64,000 nucleotides of DNA, taken from contig MCFH01000043.1 of the NCBI GenBank assembly GCA_002104945.1, positions 248,001 to 312,000 of the forward strand, read 5' to 3'. Positions 54,750 to 64,000 of this stretch are shown in pieces. Under the pieces are notes generated by a model that did no database searches, was not told the origin of the DNA, and saw only the letters and a list, made by a program, of their open reading frames with translations. How positions within the stretch are numbered: the first letter of the stretch is position 1; each line of letters begins with the position of its first letter. The translations under genes and the position numbers were made by a program. The DNA comes from Piromyces finnis finn (taxonomy: Eukaryota; Fungi; Neocallimastigomycota).

Positions 54750-56671
54750 AATAAAAAAAGAATAAAGTGATAAAATTATGTATTAAAATTATCTATTATA
54801 TCAATCATTTATTTAATTATTTTTTTTTTAATTTAAAGAATATAAAAAAGATTTAACATATATTTAAATATTTAGTTATTTTTGAATATTTAATTTGTTT
54901 ATGAAAAAATAAAGTAAAAAATATGAAAAAAATTCTAATAAAAAAAAAATAAAGTAGTATTATTTAATTAAATTTATATAGATTAATATGTTAATAATCG
55001 AATTAAATATAAGTCATTTCATTTCTATTTATTATAATCCTTTTACAAAAGTGTAATATTTAAAAATAAAAACTACAAAATATAGTATAATTAATGAAAA
55101 TAATTATTTTTTCTTTCTTTTTTTTTTTATTATTATTAGTATATTGTGTAATTTTTATTTGGTTAAAGGATATTCCTATTGCTACTATTAAAAATGATAT
55201 ACCTAACATACTTTTAAATGATATATATATAAGAGATAAATGGATTCACATTGTATATCTCTAATTTAAATAGTTATAATATCTTCAAAAACAAAAAGTT
55301 TCTCTTTATTTTTTATGAATTTATTATTAAATCAACACATTCATTCTAAATTGTTATAAATAAAAAAAAGTAATATTTTAATGTATATGTACAGCAAAAA
55401 TATATTTCATAATAAAATAAATTATTATTAGTATAAATTGTTTAGAATTTTTTTTTTACAATTTAAATAATTAAGTAAAGCAAAATCTGAACTTTCTAAA
55501 AACAATTAAAAAAAGATCTAAATAATATAAATAATAATAATAATAATAATAATAATTAATATGATAAAAATGAAATTAAAGAGTATAGTTCAGGTATAAA
55601 GGAATATATACAAAAAAAATATTTTAATTTTTAAATATATCTACTAAAATTCTCATCTATAACATAAATATTTATATATTAAAATGTTAATAAATAATTA
55701 TTTCTTTATTTCTTTATATTCATTTATTTTTAAATCTTTTATATAATTAGACTGAAATTCTATCTCACAAAAGTTTAATTTAAAAATGTTTATTAAAAAG
55801 AAATTCTATATAATGTTAAGTTTCCAATTACCAATATAAATATAAAAAAGATACAATTAACTGAATTCTTTAAAGTAAATGATATATATATAAGATCTAT
55901 AATTTATTATTGATAAATTATTTAAGTAAATTTTGCATATACATAGGAATTATAATAAATTTAATTATATATAAATTTATAAAAAGAAGGTTAATTATAG
56001 CTTTATTCTTAAGAAATGGATATGCATTATAGTAATACAATTCTTTTATTCTCCATTTAATCATAAAATAAAAATGTATTAAAATTGGGAAAAAAATATT
56101 ATAATGGAAGAAAAAAAAAGTAATTAATAAAAACCTTATAAAAATAAATACAATTATAATATAATTTGATTTTTAAATGTATCAAATTCAATATATTAAA
56201 AAATCTCAATTATTGTATTAATTGGCATTGTTAAAAAATTCAATATTAACTATCCTAATTAAAATTAGATTGTATGAAATATTAAATAATAATCTTTTAA
56301 TAACAAAACTTATAAATAATATAATTAAACTTATAATAAATAAAGTTATCCATTATTTATTTATCGAATTATAGTTTTAATATCAATTTTTCCATTGTAT
56401 GATTGTAATAATTACAATTCACTTAATTTATATAATGCTATTTCATAATTTACTTTAATTTTTTTTTATATTTTATTATTGTGTAACAATATTTCATTTA
56501 TTTTTTTTTATACTATAAATATAAATACCATTTGAATTTCTTTTTTTTATTTTTATTAATATATAAATATAATAAATATTTTTATCATTCAGTGTAATTT
56601 AAAATTACTTTTTTAAAAAAGATTATATAATATAAAAATATATAGTAATATATATATATATAAAAGAAAAA

Positions 56672-58510
56672 ATGAGAATAAGTTATATATTATTATCAAG
56701 CATACTATCCAGTGTTTTTGCAAGACCAAGAATTAATGAATATAATGGAACTTGCTGGTCTGAAGAATTTAATATTCCATGTTGTCAAAATTCAGATACG
56801 TTGATCCTTAGAACCACTTATGATGGTATTTGGGGTATGGAAAATGGTGAATGGTGTGGTATTGGAAATAGAAATATTAGACCAATTGATGATTTTCCTC
56901 CTTCTCCTCCTCCAATTTTCGATATCGAAACTTTCGATGATCCTGCAGCTGAATGTGATATTTCAGATTCTATTACGGGTGATTCATTAGCTAAAGAAGC
57001 ACCTTTCCGTTTCGGTGTTGGCTTAACCGGTAGTTATTTCTATTCTTCTACAACCCTCTCTAAAACAATGCGAGAACTCATTAAATATCAATTTAATTCC
57101 ATGACTTATACCAATCTTATGAAACCTTCTTATGTTCTTGATCATGAAGCCTGTATTGAAAATGCGGCTAATGGAATAGAAGATGTTGTTTTAAACTTTT
57201 CAGGAATTGTTGATGGTTTAGATTTTGCCTATAAAAACGGAATCCATATTCGAGGACATGTTTTAGTATGGCATGCTCAAACACCAGATTGGTTCTTTAA
57301 AGTAGGATTTGATTCCGAAAATGAGCTTGTTGATCCTGCTACATTTGAATATCGTTTAGAAAGCTATATAAAGCAATATATTAGTTTTGTTCAATACAAC
57401 TATCCGGGTGTTGTTGATGTATGGGATGTTGTTAATGAAGCAGTTGAAATTGAAAACGAAACACTTTTTGATGCAAGCACAGGATGGAATACACGTGTTC
57501 TTACTCTTGATGGAAATGAAAATTTATGGTACAAGATATTAGGACCAGATTATGTTATCAAATCATTTAGACTTGCACGTAAATATGCTCTTCCAAATGT
57601 CAAATTAGTTTACAACGATTACAATACATTCCAAACATATCCACACGACAAGACACAAGCCATTATTAATCTTTTAAATATTTTAAGAGAAGAAGATTTA
57701 GTTGATGCAGTAGGTATGCAATCGTATCTTGGAGTTGAATGGCCAAGTGTTAAAGAATATGTTAGAGGATTTGAAAGATTCCATGAAGCAGGTTATGAAA
57801 TCCAAGTAACAGAATTAACGATTTCGGCACCCAGTGGAGATGATTGGTTAGAAAAGCAAGCCAAACAATATGAAGAAGTATTTTCCAAAATCATTGAATG
57901 TGTGAATGAAGGATACAATATTTCTAGTGTTACAGTTTTTGGATTACAAGATGGTTATCGATTCTATGGTTCTGATTCTACCAAGACACGTCTTTTCGAC
58001 CATGATCTTCAAAAGAAACCAAATTATCAAGCTATTATGAATATTTTAAAAGAAAACAATGGAGAAGTTAACAATGATGAAATCAACAATGGAGATATCA
58101 ACAATGAAATTCCAAATGAAATTCCAAATGAACAAGAAACTTCTATTATCATTGATAATGAAAATGATGATAATGAAATAATAATTGAAGAAGATAATGC
58201 TATTGAAGTAATTACACCAGAACCAAACATTACTGAACCAATTTTACCAGAACCAACACCATATGAATCCATTATTCCTGAGATTAGTACTATTGAATCA
58301 GTACCAAGTCAAGGTGCAGTTAGTAATGAAATTTCGGATAGTTTTATTGATCCATCCTATTTCACATGTGATGAACAAGATTGGAAATGTAAATATGAAA
58401 AGTCATGTTTATGTATTGTACAAGTTACCAAATGTTTTGTATCATCAAGAAATGATAAAGAAAAGTGTAAACAATTAAGTATTGAATGTTCTAAAATTTG
58501 GACTTTATAA
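56672..58510 (+). CDS. GH10 (copy d): signal peptide, dockerin, P/T/E linker, Cys-rich C-terminal module of the GH5 type
   Basis: Core identical to copies c/e; ends CDEQDWKCKYEKSCLCIVQVTKC...C...CSKIWTL. Confidence 0.93.
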   Translation: MRISYILLSSILSSVFARPRINEYNGTCWSEEFNIPCCQNSDTLILRTTYDGIWGMENGEWCGIGNRNIRPIDDFPPSPPPIFDIETFDDPAAECDISDSITGDSLAKEAPFRFGVGLTGSYFYSSTTLSKTMRELIKYQFNSMTYTNLMKPSYVLDHEACIENAANGIEDVVLNFSGIVDGLDFAYKNGIHIRGHVLVWHAQTPDWFFKVGFDSENELVDPATFEYRLESYIKQYISFVQYNYPGVVDVWDVVNEAVEIENETLFDASTGWNTRVLTLDGNENLWYKILGPDYVIKSFRLARKYALPNVKLVYNDYNTFQTYPHDKTQAIINLLNILREEDLVDAVGMQSYLGVEWPSVKEYVRGFERFHEAGYEIQVTELTISAPSGDDWLEKQAKQYEEVFSKIIECVNEGYNISSVTVFGLQDGYRFYGSDSTKTRLFDHDLQKKPNYQAIMNILKENNGEVNNDEINNGDINNEIPNEIPNEQETSIIIDNENDDNEIIIEEDNAIEVITPEPNITEPILPEPTPYESIIPEISTIESVPSQGAVSNEISDSFIDPSYFTCDEQDWKCKYEKSCLCIVQVTKCFVSSRNDKEKCKQLSIECSKIWTL

Positions 58511-59016
58511 ATTTAATTATAATTTTTAAAACAACATTAAAATAACTTACAATACATACCAATTATTTATTTAATTTTTTATTTATTTATTTTTTATTTA
58601 ATATATTGTTAATTAAAGAAAAAATAAATAAAAAGACCTATTTATTATATAAAAAAATATAAAAATAATAAAATTGAAAATAAAAATTAATTATTTGTGA
58701 TTTATACTATTTAAATAGGATATAAAAAACAAGTATTTAGTTTTTTTATCTTAATGTGAAATATTATATATGTTAATTTTGACATTCATTCTATTATAAA
58801 TTATATTTATAATCATAAATATCTTTATTAAGGTATCTAAAGAACTTTAAAATCTATTGATATTTTTTTTTCTTAATTTTTTTCTATTAAATAATTAATG
58901 CACAAAATCATAATACGAATAAGAAAGAGAAATGAACTTGATTTTGATCATTTCCTGTTAGTTGTATTTTATTATAAATAATTCATTACATTATTTAATA
59001 ACTACATAAAAAATTT

Positions 59017-59043
59017 ATCATCATCATCATCATCATCATCATC

Positions 59044-59130
<87 letters not shown>
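59017..59130. repeat. Compound (ATC)n-(TAT)n microsatellite
   Basis: Direct reading. Confidence 0.9.
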
Positions 59131-60148
59131 GTAAATTGAAATGCCATAAAACAAATTTGTTTTTTTCTAAAGAATGAAGAACTTAGGAATAGTGATTTTT
59201 TTAAAAAAGGTTTAATTTAAAAAATATATTTTATTCCAAAATATAAAAAAAAGATAATTAATAAAAATTTAAGAAAACTTTTTGAAAAATATAGTAGCTT
59301 AATGGAAATTTAATTATAAAATATAATTAATAGTAAATAGCTATTGCAATGAAATTTTTGATTGTAATAATTGTTTACATGATTAATTTTATTTTTATAA
59401 TTATTATTTTTGATATTAATATTTTGATATTTTGATATCATGTAATTTTATCTTAAAAATAATTTCTATCTACTTCTTTCAATTTCCATTCTTATAAAAT
59501 AATACTTTTTTTAAAGTATATAAAATTTTAAATGGATAATTGAATTTTCATATTTTTTTTATTAATATTCAAACAATTTTTTATTGAGATAAAAAAAAGT
59601 ATTGTTAATAATAAAGTATAATAGTGTTATAAATCATAATAATAATAATAATAAATAAAATATAAAATTCCAAACTATAAAAAAGTAATAAAATAATTTT
59701 ATAGCATTAAACTTTTAAATATTCTACTACATTGTATTGTTTTTTATTATTCTTATTATTATTATTTTTTTTTTTTTAAAAAAATAGATTAAAAGTTTAA
59801 TTATTAACAAAAAAAGTGCCACTAATACCTTTAATAGAAAATAAAATTTTTTGAATCTATAATTATACAATAGAATTAGTTTCCTATTGTGTAACAATTA
59901 ATGTTAAAATAATGAATGTTGAATTTAATTTGATTAAAATATAAATTAAAAAAAAATACTATTTTAATTATATTTATAAAAATTCTATAAATACTTCTTT
60001 AAATCCATTTTTTTTTTACTTAATAAAAAACATATACATATATAAAATATACATAAATATATAGATAATACCTAATTAAAATAATAATAATTGTTTTAAT
60101 AAATATACAAAAATTTTATATAATATTATAAAATAATAATAAAAAAAA

Positions 60149-61684
60149 ATGAGAATAAATTATATATTATTATCAAGTATACTATCCAGTGTTTTGGCAA
60201 AATCAAAAATTAGTAAATATTATGAAAATTGTTGGTCTGAAGAATTTAATATTCCATGTTGTCAAAATTCAGATACGTTGATCCTTAGAACCACTTATGA
60301 TGGTATTTGGGGTATGGAAAATGGTGAATGGTGTGGTATTGGAAATAGAAATATTAGACCAATTGATGATTTTCCTCCTTCTCCTCCTCCAATTTTCGAT
60401 ATCGAAACTTTCGATGATCCTGCAGCTGAATGTGATATTTCAGATTCTATTACGGGTGATTCATTAGCTAAAGAAGCACCTTTCCGTTTCGGTGTTGGCT
60501 TAACCGGTAGTTATTTCTATTCTTCTACAACCCTCTCTAAAACAATGCGAGAACTCATTAAATATCAATTTAATTCCATGACTTATACCAATCTTATGAA
60601 ACCTTCTTATGTTCTTGATCATGAAGCCTGTATTGAAAATGCGGCTAATGGAATAGAAGATGTTGTTTTAAACTTTTCAGGAATTGTTGATGGTTTAGAT
60701 TTTGCCTATAAAAACGGAATCCATATTCGAGGACATGTTTTAGTATGGCATGCTCAAACACCAGATTGGTTCTTTAAAGTAGGATTTGATTCCGAAAATG
60801 AGCTTGTTGATCCTGCTACATTTGAATATCGTTTAGAAAGCTATATAAAGCAATATATTAGTTTTGTTCAATACAACTATCCGGGTGTTGTTGATGTATG
60901 GGATGTTGTTAATGAAGCAGTTGAAATTGAAAACGAAACACTTTTTGATGCAAGCACAGGATGGAATACACGTGTTCTTACTCTTGATGGAAATGAAAAT
61001 TTATGGTACAAGATATTAGGACCAGATTATGTTATCAAATCATTTAGACTTGCACGTAAATATGCTCTTCCAAATGTCAAATTAGTTTACAACGATTACA
61101 ATACATTCCAAACATATCCACACGACAAGACACAAGCCATTATTAATCTTTTAAATATTTTAAGAGAAGAAGATTTAGTTGATGCAGTAGGTATGCAATC
61201 GTATCTTGGAGTTGAATGGCCAAGTGTTAAAGAATATGTTAGAGGATTTGAAAGATTCCATGAAGCAGGTTATGAAATCCAAGTAACAGAATTAACGATT
61301 TCGGCACCCAGTGGAGATGATTGGTTAGAAAAGCAAGCCAAACAATATGAAGAAGTATTTTCCAAAATCATTGAATGTGTGAATGAAGGATACAATATTT
61401 CTAGTGTTACAGTTTTTGGATTACAAGATGGTTATCGATTCTATGGTTCTGATTCTACCAAGACACGTCTTTTCGACCATGATCTTCAAAAGAAACCAAA
61501 TTATCAAGCTATTATGAATATTTTAAAAGAAAACAATGGAGAAGTTAACAATGATGAAATCAACAATGGAGATATCAACAATGAAATTCCAAATGAAATT
61601 CCAAATGAACAAGAAACTTCTAATATCATTGATAAGGATAATATTTTAGAAGAAATTCTCAATGAACAAATAGCAAAAGTATAA
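60149..61684 (+). CDS. GH10 (copy e): signal peptide, dockerin, short acidic tail
   Basis: Core identical to copies c/d. Confidence 0.92.
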   Translation: MRINYILLSSILSSVLAKSKISKYYENCWSEEFNIPCCQNSDTLILRTTYDGIWGMENGEWCGIGNRNIRPIDDFPPSPPPIFDIETFDDPAAECDISDSITGDSLAKEAPFRFGVGLTGSYFYSSTTLSKTMRELIKYQFNSMTYTNLMKPSYVLDHEACIENAANGIEDVVLNFSGIVDGLDFAYKNGIHIRGHVLVWHAQTPDWFFKVGFDSENELVDPATFEYRLESYIKQYISFVQYNYPGVVDVWDVVNEAVEIENETLFDASTGWNTRVLTLDGNENLWYKILGPDYVIKSFRLARKYALPNVKLVYNDYNTFQTYPHDKTQAIINLLNILREEDLVDAVGMQSYLGVEWPSVKEYVRGFERFHEAGYEIQVTELTISAPSGDDWLEKQAKQYEEVFSKIIECVNEGYNISSVTVFGLQDGYRFYGSDSTKTRLFDHDLQKKPNYQAIMNILKENNGEVNNDEINNGDINNEIPNEIPNEQETSNIIDKDNILEEILNEQIAKV

Positions 61685-62854
61685 ATTAACATTAATCAAA
61701 ATGAAGAAACTCAATTTTTCTAAAAAATCTTTTTTTTTTTTTTTTTTTTTTTTAAATCAATAATTTTTTTATTTTTACTATTAACTTTCTTTATTATATT
61801 ATATATTGTAAATTATGTTAAACACTAATAGAATATTTAAAATATAAAGTGTAGACTGAACTAAAATCTATTATAATTTAAATTAAATTTTTTTATGAAT
61901 AAAAAAGAAATATTATAAAAAAAAAAAAAAAAAAAAAGAGATACTAATAAGAACATTATTCGGTTATCTAATTTTTTTTTTTAAAAAAAAAAGAGAAACG
62001 TTTTAAATTTGTTTATTTTTTATTGTTTTATATTCTTTATTATATGAATATGACACACTTTATACACTTTCGAATAACAGAATTAGAGTTTAAAATATAT
62101 ATTTATCCTTTATGGTGATAAATAATATATAACAATAATTTAATAAAATATATAGTATTAAATATTAATTGTTGATGTTGTTTTTTGATATTGTTATTAT
62201 TACTTTTTTTTTATGGTATATAAATTGAGTTAAATGAGAATTTGGTATTTTTGGTATTTTATTCTCATCATAGGATAAAATAATTTTTATTTTCAAATAA
62301 AATGGTTTAAAATACTTTGACTAATAGAAAAAGGTTGGTTAGTATTTCTTTTATTTTAAAATCATAAACTAAAAAATAAGATAATATATATATGAAATAA
62401 AAAATATAATTTAAATAATAATATTAATAATAGTAATAATAAAAAAGAAAAAAGATGGTTTATACGTTATGTGATAAAGATAATTTTATTTTATTTTATT
62501 TTAAAATTTGAAAATATATTTATATATATGATAAATCTCTTTTGAATATTTAATAATAAGATATTTGAATAGATGGTATTATTTCTAACCGATATCTAAT
62601 GTTTTTATAAATTTAAAAAAAATATTTATTTTTTTTGTTTTATTCACTTGATTGTTTATTTATATATATTTTTTAAAACTGAATATTTTTAACGATGATA
62701 ATAAATTAATAAATTAATAGTGACTTTTACATTTTCTTTTAAAGGGTAACTTATTGAAATAATAAATATAGACATTAGTGTTTAATAATTTTCTTTATTT
62801 TTTTTTTTAAATAAATAAACTGGTCTTCTGGGTGTTTTTTTTTTTTTTTTTTTT

Positions 62855-63978
62855 TTACATATACATTCGTGAATGATGACCAGAATTTTGAACATAAGCA
62901 CGATTTAAGTTTTCATAACTGGAAGAGTGATGAGGATGGGCATAAACATGTGGAGTATGAGTATGATTCATTCCATAAACATTTGGTGGAACAGGAGCCG
63001 CACCAGATTGATAATAACCAGCAGGATGAACACCATTGGCATAATTCATCATTACCTCTGGATATTCCTGATTGAGCATACCTGGAGTGTAGGATCTTCT
63101 TTTAGATTTCTTAGATGTAGCCGGTGAAGGCATTGGAATCACTTCAACTGGACCCATACCACCCATACTATAAAAGCTTGGGGATGGTGAACCTAGTATT
63201 TGAGAATGACGATGTTGTTCATGTAGGTGTCTCATAGAAGCATCTTTACTATTTTTCATTACTAAACTATGACGTTTTTTATTGTCATTGGAAGGTGGAG
63301 TAACTTGTAATCGAATAGGATTCTTACCATTATTTTTACTAATCATATGAAGTGGAATATCATCATCATCATCATCAACAACAGCACTTGATTCACTACT
63401 ACGATCTGTACTAGTATTGCTTCCATTAGGATGTCCACGAGCTTGAGTTGATGAGGAAGAATGTTCATCAATGGAATATGTTTGCTTAATATTATCATAG
63501 CTTTTAGATTTTTTATCGATATTAAGATAGGTGACAGGCATTACTTTTAAATGTGAATTACTTACACGACGGCTTTTTCCTTTATTGTCTTTTACTGGAC
63601 ACATTGTTGCCTTGGATTCTTGTGCCCAACGTTCAACACGTTCTGCACGTTGACGATTCAGTTCCTTTTTGATAGCATCTTCCCTTTCTTCTCCTTTTTC
63701 ATCCTTTTTAGTACGATGATTAACAGAGTTATGGGTGGTATAGGCATTTGCATTAATGATGGTACCATAAGGTAAATTAATCAATGCTGGATTTGGAAGG
63801 TTCATGTAGGCATTTGGATTCATATTATTTACATTAGCATGATTATTGATTTGGCTTGGACCTGAAAAATTACGGTTCAAGAGTTTATTCATTGGTATAT
63901 TAATTAAAGGACCATGACCAGTTCTTGGTAATTGTGGATAAGAGGAGGAGCGTCGGTTGGCAAGAGATTGTAGATTAC
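62855..63978 (-). CDS. Exon of a gene whose 5' part lies beyond the right edge; S/P/H/N-rich, probably disordered, function unknown
   Basis: The reading frame stays open upstream of the track's ATG (GNLQSLANRRSSSYPQ...) to a TTTTAG acceptor at 63979-63984. GC is well above background. Whether the stop at 62855 is real or lies in an intron is unresolved. Confidence 0.7.
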
Positions 63979-64000
63979 CTAAAATATCACTATTTACATT

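Overview
Very AT-rich eukaryotic DNA with GT-AG introns, long microsatellites, fungal dockerins and a scaffoldin-type gene, consistent with an anaerobic gut fungus (Neocallimastigomycota). From left to right: a partial Crinkler-like ORF (-); a multi-exon GHKL-ATPase/DUF3684/zincin gene (+); a small secreted ORF (-); tRNA-Ala(UGC) (-). A full-length Ty3/gypsy LTR retrotransposon with intact ORFs sits 15 bp upstream of that tRNA, with a 4-bp TSD, tRNA-Ala-type PBS, canonical -1 frameshift signal and PPT. Next are two intronless bacterial-type genes (DUF501 and a type-B carboxylesterase). A ~29 kb co-oriented fibre-degradation cluster follows: five N-terminal-dockerin GH10 genes, two GH5 genes and a GPI/TM-anchored Cys-repeat scaffoldin. 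A partial low-complexity gene lies at the right edge. The most notable signals are the cellulosome-like gene cluster, the divergent GH10 active sites and dockerins, an unnamed six-Cys module shared by GH5 and GH10, patchy homogenisation of paralogs, and the tRNA-adjacent retrotransposon insertion. All family assignments come from motif recognition by eye; no searches were run.
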